From Haliotis rufescens (Eukaryota), in the NCBI RefSeq assembly GCF_023055435.1, contig NW_025963891.1, positions 16,058,001-16,122,000 of the forward strand: a stretch of 64,000 bases of DNA. The letters are read 5' to 3'. The notes under the pieces were generated by a model. The model made no database searches. It had not been told where the DNA came from and saw nothing but the letters and a program-made list of their open reading frames with translations. A program made the position numbers and the translations under genes. Shown here in pieces: positions 51,775-64,000 of this stretch; the first letter of the stretch is position 1; every line of letters begins with the position of its first letter.

Positions 51775-52580
51775 AGATGACAATGGTATAACGTGATATT
51801 CCACACTTATGACGGAGTTAATTATTCTAGTTGTCATAACGTGATATTCGACACTTATGATGGAGTTAATTATACTAGTTGTCATAACGTAATATTCCAC
51901 ACTTATGATGGAGTTAATTATACTAGTTGTCATAACGTGATATTCCACACCCGTGACGGAGTTAACTATAAATGGCAATGGTATAACGTGATATTCCACG
52001 CTTATGATGGAGTTAATTATACTAGTTGTCATAACGTGATATTCCACACCCGTGACGGAGTTAACTATAAATGGCAATGGTATAACGTGATATTCCACAC
52101 TTATGATGGAGTTAGTTATACAAGTTGTCATAACGTTATATTCCACACCCGTGACGGAGTTAACTATTAATGACGATGGTATAACGTAATATTCCACACT
52201 TATGACGGAGTTAATTATACTAGTTGTCATAACGTGATATTCGACACTTATGATGGAGTTAATTATACTAGTTGTCATAACGTGATATTCCACACCCGTG
52301 ACGGAGTTAACTATAAATGACAATGGTATAACGTGATATTCCATACTTATGATGGAGTTAATTATACTAGTTGTCATAACGTGATATTCCACACCCGTGA
52401 CGGAGTTAACTATAAATGGCAATGGTATAACGTGATATTCCACACTTATGATGGAGTTAGTTATACAAGTTGTCATAACGTGATATTCCACACCCGTGAC
52501 GGAGTTAACTGTAAATGGCAATGGTATTACGTGATATTCCACACTTATGATGCAGTTAACTATAAGCTGGTATAACGTGA
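51775..52580. repeat. Composite minisatellite of 48-bp and 51-bp units
   Basis: A = ataacgtgatattccacacttatgatggagttaattatactagttgtc; B = ataacgtgatattccacacccgtgacggagttaactataaatggcaatggt. Confidence 0.95.
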
Positions 52581-52999
52581 CACTCGAGTTTTATTTAGCC
52601 CAGTTGACACAGTCGTTTATGGAATCCCTCCTGAGTCAGGCGTGGAAGACTCCTGTGGTCATTGGTTCGAATACCTCATTCCGCCTGATTTTGATTCCTG
52701 ATTTGACGGCAGCACGTCCATGTTCACTGGTTTCACCAATGGGCAAATTAAACAACTATAAGACCTGCATCACTTTCGTTTATTTGTCCGAAATACTGTC
52801 CAAAGCTTCGTTACATACCACTATTATTAAAAATCAATTTCCAGTTACAAATATAAGTATAAGTTATATATAACTTCGAGGTAATGCCCATGAAACAATT
52901 CAGCCAAACGTCGCCTTTACAGTAAATAAAGAAGTTGTAATCCATAAATTGTGTCTACTTTGTTATGCATTTACTTGCTAACGAGTTCATAATCTAACG

Positions 53000-53345
53000 T
53001 TATTAAAGCGACAAAGCCATTTCCATAATCATAAGAAATATCTGCAAATAACATGGTTCGTTGTACGGTTCCGACAACAGAATAAGCATGTGTTTATGAA
53101 TCACTCTCAAATAGTGATGGTACCAGGCGTTTCCTCCCCCACCGGTGGCACCCGTCACAAACAAATGCAAAGGCAAGTAAATAGTTCACCTGTTCATATG
53201 GTACAAGTCAAAATAGGGAATTGCGTCAGACACATATTTTTGTCATTGATGCGCCACATATGGAAATGTCCTCCAAATATCTACCACAAAACATTTTGAA
53301 AGTTTTACTGAGGCCTTGGATGAAACAACTTTTGAGCAAGAAGTC
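53000..53345 (-). mobile_element. Penelope-like 3' fragment (end of ORF plus 3'UTR)
   Basis: Reverse complement aligns by eye with 55720-56060 and 51170-51360. Confidence 0.7.
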
Positions 53346-55569
53346 GTATGACATTCATTTGGATGACACTGAAGGAGATATTTTACAGTTACAACTATTC
53401 ATTGTATATTCCATGATATGTATTATTCACGATAACTATTTGTTGATTATATAAAAATCTATTTTTTTTATATAATTAATATCAAATTTGTAATTCCAAT
53501 TTTCATGTCAAGTTCTTACACACATGCGTGTGAGAAACCCATTTAAGGTAACTGGTGTCAAACATATGTGTGTGATCGAATTCCAGGTCCGTGATTGGCT
53601 AGTCAATGGTGACCTAAGGTCAGATTATGGGGGACTACTTTACTGATTGTATTTCATTGACAAACTACCCGTGCTACCCATCAATTCAATTCACAGAATG
53701 GGCTGAGACATTCCGGGGGAGGGTCACACCAGGCATGAGGCTGACACGTTTTGGCGGAGGGTTACATCTGGTATGAAAAGTGAACTGTAAGCCGGAGGAC
53801 GTCACTCATGTGTGCTACTTATAAATGCGCAATTGCAATCTTGAGAATAGACAACATAGGCATCGTTTCGATGCTGAAACGGTGCGATTTATTGGTGGTT
53901 AAGAAACAGATTACTGCAAGGGTGATCAATGGTATCTGACAGACACTCATATAATAATCTCCTGGATATCTGGATATACAGTTTTAGATATCACTAAATC
54001 GATTGTTTGATATATGGAATTCGTAGTTATCAATACACATAATAATTACTTCCTCACTTAACAGCCTTAAGTATGAGACGGTATTTGGAATAATATTACA
54101 ATTTTGCAAGCTACTAGACAGCATTTATCGATTGTATACTGGCTTCATCATATCAACGTCATCTCTGTCTTAAGCAAATTTGTTTTTTTTTTATCGAGCG
54201 GTTATTGTGTTTAACAAAATAAATGTTCATTTTGAGCTTATTATATCAAAAAGATGCTTGTTATATAACAAATTTTATGACATCAATTAATGCTGATTTT
54301 TTAATATAAAAAGCCATAAACTGATATCTGTAATTATTAATCGATTTGCATGTGGTATAACTGAAGATAAAATGTGGAGAGTGATATACACGCTGATAAG
54401 AGTGAGCAATAAACCATTGCTACTACTTATATTCACACAATACATACAGTTTATACTTTCTCATAATATTTGTGTAGGACTGTGAGAAAATCGTAAGGAA
54501 GTTAAGGAACACGTAACTGAACGTGTAGGCTGTTAGAGAGTGTTACAGCCATTGAGTGACGTTCTTTTCACACCAAAGGTACCTCGAACAGAACAGGATG
54601 ACGCTCACATTCCCATGGGTTTATTCTAAGTAAATATGTAGGAAATATCCAAACACTTAAACTGTCGTCATTTGATTGATTCGTACATTACTATTAAAAA
54701 ACCTGATTAATCTAACTTGAAATAATTCCAAATATCCGACATCACCTATTTAAAACTATTTTCTTCTCCTCTTTTTTCGGAAGTTTAAAAATCGATTCCA
54801 CAATTTATCTAAACGCGTAACTACTGCAGTTACTGAAATGAGAGAATATACAAGACGGAGAAAAAAGAACTGGAATTAACAGACGAAATACCTCAATGCA
54901 GTGTTCTCACGTGAGGAGGACAACCTAAATGACCTTTTACACATGCTTCGAGAAAGTGTTGAATTGTTTTCCCAGGAAATCATTAACAATTTACTTAAGT
55001 CAACATGTTTTTCATTTACCGGGGTAATTTGAAGTGTCCCTGTTGACTACCTGTGAGGGCGAGCGTGGCCTCGAACGTATGGCATCTTCTCACGCATGTT
55101 ATCAGCTGGATGGTAACACCATTTCCGTCGTTGCCACCATCACCATCCTTCGACGACGAACCTTTGAAATTTTACTTTACGATGCAACTAGCCTGTGTAA
55201 AGGATGTTATGCTCCATGTTGCAGCCTGTGCGAATGATGTTTAATTTGTGTTGCAACCAGCGTACAAGAGGACGAGGCGTGGTAAGGATAAAAGTGGAAC
55301 TGCAGTTTCCAGAGATTGTTTAAAGGTTTAGAACACTAGTACCAACAATATTGACGATTGTTTATGATACCTTGTTTAGATACCTCACTATCTATTGTAA
55401 CACTTTTAAAGAGAGTTTGAGGGACACTTTTTATATAAACAGGCCCTTGGTCCAAGCTGATATCCAAAATGTTAGAAGACACCCTGAATTACTGTCATGA
55501 ACGTTACAGGTTAGTCTATCTCCATCAATTTGAATACGAATCTACACTTCGCTAGTAATTTAATTCGTT

Positions 55570-56065
55570 TTTGTATGGCTTCAATTTTCCAATAGTCAAC
55601 TTTCCCTTTACGTCGAGCAATATTCCTGCAGCCCCAGCCCTTGGTGTCTGCATTTCACAACTTTTGAGGGACAGTCGAGTGTGGCCTTTCTACCGAAATT
55701 TCAAAGACTGTCTTTCGACTCTTGCTCAAAAGTTATTTGATCAAAGTTTCAACATTCGAGGCCTCAGTGGGGCTTTCGGAAGGTATTGTGGTGGAGGTGT
55801 AGAGGACATTTCCAAATTTGTCGCATCGGTTGCCAGGTGTGGTGTCCGATGCGATTCTATGTTTTGGCTACTGCCGTATGTTACCATGTCTTTTTCGGGT
55901 GAACCATTGACTTGCCTTTGCATGAGTTTGTGACGGGATGCGCTCGCCTTTTTGCGAACGCATGGTGTCGTCGCTATTTGATAGTGACTCGTGGACGCTT
56001 GCTCATGGTATGGTCGGAATCGTTCAGTCGACTCTGTTTTTGGCAGCGATTCCACCTGGGTGTGG
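55570..56065 (+). mobile_element. Penelope-like RT C-terminal plus 3'UTR fragment
   Basis: FNFPIVNFPFTSSNIPAAPALGVCISQL...LAQKLFDQSF, followed by the gtgacggg...ctggtgtc 3' motif. Confidence 0.78.
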
Positions 56066-56445
56066 AAATTTTTTTTAAATTTTTTTTATTAATGCCTCAT
56101 TTGTTGATGCTGTGAAGTTTAACAAGTTTCTTAAAATCTATAACACTGTAATATGTCAGACATTAACACCTCTCTTTAAATATCCACTTTTGTACAACTG
56201 AAAGAATATGTCTAAGATAGAAAGACAACAACGTCGTAACTCATTCTTTAGATATGGTCTGATGTGAACTCTAAAAATCTACGTTTGCGTCCTTTTTATG
56301 ACTTAGTTTTAGCAAAGAGATGGTTGCCATCCTATAACCCTCAACAAATTATTATGCAATGTTAGCTAATTGATTACATTAATTACACACTTCGCGCTGG
56401 ACCAATAACACCATGGCATAACCTCAGCTGTCTCTTAGCATAATC

Positions 56446-56790
56446 GACCGCCTCCGTGATCTAGTGGTAGAGCGTCCGCCCGGAGAGCGGAAGGTCCGGG
56501 GTTCGATCACAGGCCGCGTCATACCAACAGACGTTAAAAGATGGTACTTGTTGTTACCCTGTCCGGCGCTCGGCATTAAGGGGCTAAAAGAAGGACTGAT
56601 CGGCTCGGAGTCAGTATACTGTGTCTGAGTGAGGTATTCATGTTAAACTGCGGCATGGTATCTCAGTGAGCTAGCACTATAAATCAGCATCAGTCCAGAC
56701 TAATACAAGCAGCCACACGCACGTGCATGCACGTCGCTATATAAGTGCAATAATCTTGGACGCGACGTTAAATCAAATTTCACCTCACCT
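56446..56790 (+). mobile_element. SINE family C, full length
   Basis: TSD ctcttagc(a/g)t(a/c)atc at 56432-56445 and 56789-56802. Confidence 0.93.
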
Positions 56791-57009
56791 CTTAGCGTCA
56801 TCACAAGTTCATGTTATAAACTTTTTTCTTTTATTTTAAATTTAACATATTTTATCATATTTAACTAAGTCCCTGCACATAAAACATATTTAACAACCAA
56901 CCGTGTGTCTTTATGTAGACAACTGAAAAATTCAATAAAAAACTCTTTACGATTGAGTGAGCAGTTTCGAGCTTGGAATTGTCAAGTTGTAGAGTCAAAA
57001 GAGACATTT

Positions 57010-57364
57010 GAGGTGAGGTGAGGTGAAATGGGGTTTAACGTCGCGTCCAAGATTATTGCACTTATATAGCGACGTGCATGCAAGTGTGTGTGTGTGGCTG
57101 CTTGTACTAGTCCGGACTGATGCCGATTTATAGTGCTAGCTCACTGAGATACCATGCCGCAGTTTAACATGAATACCTCACTCAGACACAGTATACTGAC
57201 TCCGAGCCGACCAGTCCTTCTTTTAGCCCCTTAATGCCGAGCGCCAGACAGGGTAACAACAAGTACCATCTTTTAACGTCTTTTGGTATGACGCGGTCGG
57301 GGATCGAACCCCGGACCTTCCGCTCTCCGGGCGGACGCTCTACCACTAGATCACGGAGGCGGTC
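57010..57364 (-). mobile_element. SINE family C, full length, inverted relative to the 56446 copy
   Basis: Highly similar to 56446-56790; carries 10 nt of that copy's upstream flank at 57365-57374. Confidence 0.93.
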
Positions 57365-58069
57365 GATTATGCTAGGTCTATTTTGAGGTCTATTAGTGAT
57401 TATTGGAAACGGAGATTTACTAACTTAATTGTTTCCAACAATTATAATGCTTGGCTAACATAAAATATAATCATTGTTTGAGAGTTCTGACTGGTTTCGC
57501 TGAGATATCAAAGGCTCAGTCGCTATATGGCTGATATAATACCAATGCGACGTTAAATTTTAACTCACTCAAAGGCTCAGATGTTAGAGAAAAGAACTAT
57601 ATGTGATAGTTAGGGAGTATTGATTCAGTTCATTATTATTATTTTCGTTCTGATCTTGAACCTCCTGACTGGTTCTCCGATTAAGGAACGCTACGTACAT
57701 AGCACGTGCCATCTCAGATAATTAACTTTTTCACGAAAGGTTTGAAGTACTAATGAAATTTCCAGAAACTCATCTTATTTGTGCTGCATGTAACTTTGAG
57801 AAGAAAATGGTTCCCGATATGGATTGAAGTATCGATAAAATATTGAAGCTAAATTGGCGTTCATAAAAATGTATCTATCAATTAAAATATTTTCTTTCGG
57901 GCTAGGTTGATTCCTGTTCAATCATTCCAATGATATATTTTTAAAGTGACTAATGTGTCGCCGTTTCGTAAAAGTATTGAAATTTATCAACAAAACCAAA
58001 ACTTTGTTGTGAATGTATGTTTAAATTTTTTGATAGGCATTACTTAGAAGTTGACGGATGACAACTGAG

Positions 58070-58368
58070 AGATAGACACAATTTTATGGATAACAACTTC
58101 TTTAATACTGTGAATCGTGAATCTCTGTCCATCGTGTTGTGACAGCTATCCCTTTGTTGTCAACACCTACCAATCATCATTATGTTATCCCACTCATGTA
58201 TGCAATTGTTGTTACTGTTAATCCTCTACTGTTAATCCTCCACCTACTATATATATTCTGTACTATGCCCCCCATTCAGTCTTGCTTGACAACGGTATAA
58301 GGATCTATACCGAAACGTCGCTTTTCACAGTATTAAAGACGTTGTTATCCATAAAATTGTGTCTATCT
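58070..58368 (+). mobile_element. Penelope-type remnant bounded by 45-bp inverted repeats
   Basis: 58070-58114 is the reverse complement of 58324-58368 with 1 mismatch. The same terminal sequence recurs at about 19547-19580 and 52905-52960. A hammerhead-like motif lies just inside the right repeat. Confidence 0.65.
58284..58321 (+). ncRNA. Candidate minimal variant hammerhead ribozyme (U3/A8 core)
   Basis: UUGACAA-c-GGUAUA(aggauc)UAUACC-GAAA-CGUC: 6-bp stem II, GAAA, palindromic ACGU stem III, GUC cleavage triplet. Stem I is only about 2 bp. Confidence 0.55.
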
Positions 58369-58777
58369 TGTATGTTAAAATGTGTTTACTGCTCGGCTCG
58401 TTCTCTGTCTCCCACCTATCCAACAGTAATACCCTTCATGTCCGGCGTATTCGTCTTCATCTCTGGACCAATGAAGCTGGAACTGTATATGCCTGTTTCT
58501 ACCAATGATGACAGATGTATTTGACAAAGAAATAGTGTCTGATTTGCAATAAAATCGCAGCCACGTGGCCATATGGTAAATTTATGTTTCAAATGCTATG
58601 AAATTTGGTATATGTGTAGTTTGTAGTGGGCTCAAGTTCCACTGTGTGTGATATTTTAGATCAAAACCTTTACTCGGCCGGTGAGGTGACCTGGCTATTG
58701 GGATGCGATCAATATCTACACCCCTTGCTGGTCTGTGTTATATGAAGCCAGTACAACAGTACAACAATAACAACAAT

Positions 58778-58945
58778 AAAAGCGACAAAATTCTATCCAT
58801 ATTCATAAGAAATCTCTGCCAAAAGCAGAGTCGAAGGTACGACTATATCATGTGTTTATGAATCACTATCAAAAAGTGATGATACCAGGTGTTCGTGAAA
58901 AGGTGGGCGTACCCTACCCCACAGGTGTCTCCCGTCACAAACAAC
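58778..58945 (-). mobile_element. Penelope-like 3'UTR fragment
   Basis: Same family as 1567-1725 and 53000-53165. Confidence 0.62.
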
Positions 58946-59193
58946 AAACTTCCCATCCCACTGTATGAGAGAGTGTTTCCATATTGTGCCTGTGTGGAAG
59001 ATGTGGTTCATTTTCTTTCAAATTCTTCTTCTTACCAGAAACTCAGATGTAAAAATTTTCTGAAGCTGATAGTTTTATACCTCCTTTACTGATTATGCGA
59101 AATTGCTAAATGTCTTAATGTCGTCGGAGACGTATATTTTATCTGTTTTATCGTCTATATCATTATATATTTTTTAATTACAGAACCATTACC

Positions 59194-61214
59194 TATATTC
59201 GTGGATAACCTTGATTCGTGGATCGCGGTAATTATCGTGATAGGTCTCGTATATTAGGTCTCGTATGACTTCAAACAGCGGTACTTTTGATGTACACACA
59301 CTGCCACGATCAAGGTCGATGTTGACACTGTAAAGTCAGGTGTGACTCCAATTTTTTATGCGAGCAAGAAACTAAACTTGTTGAACATGTAAAATACATG
59401 GTATCCATCGGATAGAGATACACCAGGAAAAAGGTTATCCAATTAGAGTCCAACTTTGCTTGTCAATTGGGAAAACGTTTCCTGGCCCATCCATTATCTG
59501 TGAAGTGGTTATATGGTCTGTTGGAACGATGGCCGGAGTTGAAAGTTAGTAGTGCCAAGTCTCTCACGGAACTTCGTTACAAAGCTAGTTCAGAGGAATG
59601 TTTCAACAAGTATTTTGATGAACCTGCCATGAATATGGACAAATACGGTTTACAATCAAGACCAGGGGCAATTTATAACGTAGATGAGAAAGGAATCAAC
59701 CAGGAGCCTGAACAGCGGGAAGTGATGGAACTGTTTCTGAATCCGGATGGTCAAATGGTGTTCTATTCCAAGATTACTTGGACAGGCACTTCCTTCGATA
59801 TGTAACACCGAAATGACCTTTGCTTCCTCTGTGCGATGGCCACAAGTCGCACATTTCTCCGTCTCTGATCGACTGGGCAAAAGATCACACTATTGTGTTG
59901 TTTGTCCTCCCGGCTCACACAAGTGATATTATTCAGCTAATGGACGTAGGGTGTTCGGTCCGTTTACAAAGATTTACAATGCCGAATGTCACAAGCTGTT
60001 GAAGTCTGATGGTACCACAGTCAACAGATATAACATCGCATCTATAGCCTGCATGGCATGTTCTGCTGCTTTAACGCCTGGTCACCTGCAGTCGGCATTC
60101 AGAAAGTCTGGAATCTGTCTCTTTTCGCCAGATATGATTGATAAATCTGCTTTCCAACCAGCTGCTTTTATCCACGGATCACACGATGAAGACAAGTCGC
60201 AGCAAGTACCAGCTGCTGACGATGTACACAGCCCCCATTCCAACCCTAACTTTGAGAAGAAAAATCTCATCACTAACGTTGACCAAACCCAATTCTTTGT
60301 TGACCAGCGTCCCATCATTCAGAAGAAACAAAGAAAACGCAGATCTATCCACAAGATCGTCAGCGGTAAAGCCATAACTGAACCAGAGATCGAAATTCAA
60401 GTTAAAAACTATGTTAAAAGTTCTAAACAGTCAGTACCACCCAAGAAACGACCAGCAAAGTCACATACATCAGCTGAACCATCTCACAAGAAACCTAAAA
60501 GTACCACCGAGCCAGCAGCGAGGCCATCCGGTGCTATTAATCTATTATACAACAGTGACAGTGAGAAATATGTTGCTTGTGTCATCACTTTCAACCCGCT
60601 GAACTGGCCCACTGCACATCACTGTTTTTCGTACAATGGGGGCAGTGCATGTATCATGACTGGGTACACTTACAGCATTGTTGTCCAGTGCGCGTGCTTC
60701 GGACTCATGCCACATTTTATTGCCCTTGCCATGGTCTGCCATGCAAACCATCGGAAGAGTAGTAACTGATCGAGAATACAAACTTACCTGTAATTAGTGT
60801 CGATACATGTACTGTATTAGTAAGATTCGTTTGAGAGTTCTTGAAACAGTGTGTTGAATAAATATCATTTTCAACTGTTATCTACCGACACAGAAATGTT
60901 GGTAGGTATAGATTAGAATTAATAGAAAACTATTACACTGTAACGGTACTGGGCTATAGTACATAGCGATACAATAATCTACTACGTAATCCACGAATCA
61001 AGCCGATGTCACATTTTGTGTGCACATGAATGGATGATGAATGCAAATGGCTTCGGAAAACAAACCTTTCAGTTACGAGAGGAATCATCGTCATTTTCGT
61101 AGAGTTGAAAAGATGAATTAAAAGTTCAGTGAGTATAGAAAAATGAAATCGGAATTTAAAGCCAAATTTGGGTGAACTTTCCTTATATCCACGGATCAAG
61201 GCTACGCGAAGATA
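59194..61214 (+). mobile_element. Decayed pogo/Tigger-like (Tc1/mariner superfamily) DNA transposon
   Basis: Imperfect terminal inverted motifs ccttgattcgtggat (59209-59223) and atccacggatcaagg (61187-61201), with an extra copy at 60989-61002, enclose transposase remnants. Confidence 0.8.
59290..60765 (+). pseudogene. pogo-family DDD transposase pseudogene with CENP-B-type HTH and C-terminal PHD-like finger
   Basis: Across frames: KWLYGLLERWPEL (HTH), IYNVDEKG, SESGWSN, DGHKSH, LPAHTSDIIQLMDVGC/FGPF, and C-terminal CCLCHH...WGQC...WVHLQHC...FYCPCH. Stops, frameshifts and an internal deletion after DEKG. Confidence 0.88.
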
Positions 61215-61358
61215 TGTATTTTATTGGCTAATGAGAACTTAACTTATATATGATATATAATGTGTCACAGAGATTTATAAGCCTAAAATAGTGTGAATGG
61301 TACTTTTATGTATAATATCTAATTATTGTAAATCCTCACGAGACATTTTAATAAACTA

Positions 61359-61432
61359 TGTCTGTCTGTCTGTCTGTCTGTCGTTTTTACTGCCTGACTG
61401 TCTGTCTCACTGTCTGTCTGCCTGCCTGTCTA
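61359..61432. repeat. Imperfect (CTGT)n microsatellite
   Basis: Direct reading. Confidence 0.85.
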
Positions 61433-61825
61433 TCTATCGGATTATACTTCCGATCGGCCTCAAAGAACTTGTAACCCTAACACCTTAGATATACATTCTA
61501 CTCGCGTGACGCCACAGCAACAATGATTTAGCTTTGATAGCTACAGGATTGCGCCCCAGCTTGTTACCCAAGCTTTAACTGTATCCTGTCTGCTCGAAAT
61601 ATGGCCGTAAGCAAGCAAACACTTGGTCAATACTGTCGGTATTGCACAACGCCGCTGGGACAACATTTGTCGGACTCTACCAGCCACAGCTTAACGTCAC
61701 AGGTTTCCTATGTGATCCATCATCTACCATCTACATCGCATGTAGCCTCCTCCACGAACGACGCTCCTGTTTGAGGGCTCTGGCTGGGGACGTGTACACT
61801 TCCATTGACATACAGCAAATGTTCT

Positions 61826-62622
61826 ATTATGAATTCAACATTCTATCAACATTAGAATTCTATCAAGTCATGCATTTGATACAATTTAAGAAACATGCAT
61901 AAAAATATGATATCTTCTATTGGCTTTATATAAGCATGTATTTTCTATGTATGTTCTTTCCAATCCAATCCCCAAAACAAACTGTAATTATGAATTCAAC
62001 ATTCTAAGCGTCATTATGTTCTATCAAGTTATGCATTTGATACAATTTAAGAAGCATGCATAAAAAATATATCTTCTATTGGCTTTGTATAAGCAATGTA
62101 TTTTCTATGTATGTTGTTTGTATTACAAAATAAATCATACATACAAAAGTTTTGATAAACGATTAATATTAATATATATATATAATATTATATAATTATA
62201 AACTTGTTCTTTACTCCCTATTGCTTCTATATACTTTAATAATTATATATATATTTTTATTTTATTTTAAGGATCTTTAATAAAAATCAGCACATATGTT
62301 TCTGTTTTTTTGTGGTTGTGGAAGGCATATAGTGGATGTCTTTTTCATTAATTGGATTCTTTTTCACCGACCTCATGCACCTACCTTCGCTATTTCTTAC
62401 GTCACCAAAACATTCCTGCAACGCGCGCTCCATCAATCAAGGCTTTAAAAGTCTCTCCTGGTCGAACTTTCGTATTGTCGTTCAACTCCATAACTAACGC
62501 GCCCATTCACTTCACACAAACCAAATTCAACTAATAACAAAGATTGTGTACTATTTCTCATTTGGAAAGTGCAATCCAATCCACAAAACAAACTGTAATT
62601 ATGAATTCAACATTCTAAGCGT
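61826..62622. repeat. Local direct duplications
   Basis: 61826-61956 resembles 61988-62116; 61961-62011 resembles 62572-62622. Confidence 0.8.
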
Positions 62623-64000
62623 TATTAACACTTCATAGCTATGTCGTGCAGACGTCGTCGAAATAAAGTGGCGATTAATGACGTCTTTGGACACCATAAA
62701 AATCATCACGACAACGTTTTTAATATGACTTCTTTGATCGTGACTAGGTTCTGTGAATGATTCTTCACAGAAACAAATTATAAATCCATTATCTTATTCC
62801 ACTAATGCGATTCTCAACTAGTTGTTCATATATTCATACACAAAATTGCTTGAAAGCAATCTTGATTTATTTCGCTCCGCTCGGAGCCAGTTGCTTTAAA
62901 CAGAATATATATTGCTTATTTATTGATCACAGGTCATAATTATACGATACTCCCACCAAGCCAGAAGGAGGGGGAGAAAGGTGTTGGACCTCTATTACCC
63001 ACGGACTGTAATAGATATCAACGCTTGAAATAGTCTATGATGCAGTGTTAATTAACAACGCTATATTTTGATGGTCCAACGAAAATTGCAACATGGCTAC
63101 CGTTTGAAATTGACGCCTGAAGCTAATATTTGATATTTGCCGTTATAAAGATGCATATTGATTGTCATAACGTGACCAGCAGTCGTGACGGAGGCAGTAT
63201 TTGCCATTAACATAATTAGACAGTCTTTGTGGTTCTTTTGATGCGGCGGTTTACAAGTTTAGGGAGAAAAGTAATTATTTGATAACATAGATTCACCGTT
63301 ATGTACTTAATTGTGTAGCCCATATTATCTAACGTTAAGGGTCGCTATTTATAGGATGATTCTAATTTTAGAATGTGGTCTTACGTGTGAAGATGAATAA
63401 TACGATGATGCTGCGACAGAGAGACGTGTGCTTTACCATTAAACACAAGGGGAAAATCCGGTAAGAAGAAAAGGCTAATTTCTTTTTACCGTTTTTCAAT
63501 ATTCAGTCTCTGAATTGAAAGCAACAGCATGATATATCTTGCCTTGTTCACATTTCGAGTCGCCTGAAACGTAGCATAATTCGACGATCTACATTCAAAA
63601 TGAAAATCAGATAAATGCGATGTTTTTCCTCAGGATGCAACGCAGCTGCCGATAAAGATGATTTTTATAATACGTCGGTCTGATTGAAATCGACAAGTGT
63701 AAGTTGCAGGTGCAACACCGGCGCACAGTTGGAACATGGTCTATCTGCACGATTTTAATCCATACAAATGCTGGGGATTTAATTTTGATTTTATGAAATT
63801 CATAGGATTACCTACTTAAATTGATTTCTTTAAAATTGTGACCATGATCTTCTTTCCAGGACACCAGAGGTTGATTCAGAAATTCCCAGAAACTCAGACT
63901 TAATATTTCTGCCATGTATTTTTAAGCATACATTAAAACAAGATCAATCTATTATGCCATACATGTTTGTACCATTTCAAATATATAAGAAAATATAAAT

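Noticed and set aside
51637-52542. 301-aa ORF
   Set aside because: Product of the 48/51-bp tandem units.

Overview
Eukaryotic, AT-rich, repeat-dense genomic DNA. The SINE families resemble those I know from gastropod molluscs, probably abalone (Haliotis); this is an inference. The only credible host coding sequence is the first coding exon (N-terminus to end of ICL3, TM1-TM5) of a class A neuropeptide GPCR on the minus strand at 37869-38666. It ends at a canonical AAG|GTGAGT donor, and I could not find the TM6-TM7 exon in the 37.8 kb downstream. The rest is transposable elements and tandem repeats. There are four SINE families, three with tRNA-derived heads and one with a structured non-tRNA head. 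They share a related 3' tail and many copies have target-site duplications (TSDs). Other elements: a 5'-truncated R4/Dong-type retrotransposon in a TAA microsatellite, several Penelope-like RT fragments, a Penelope-type remnant with a variant hammerhead ribozyme, a decayed pogo/Tigger-type transposase, several MITEs (one family carries a tRNA-like Pol III cassette) and at least six minisatellites. Most ORFs in the supplied track are spurious or repeat-derived. I see no clear new biological system. The best leads are (1) the pseudoknotted, partly HDV-ribozyme-like head of SINE family D, (2) a local SINE source copy whose daughters carry its 5' flank, and (3) the TIR-bounded tRNA-like cassette.
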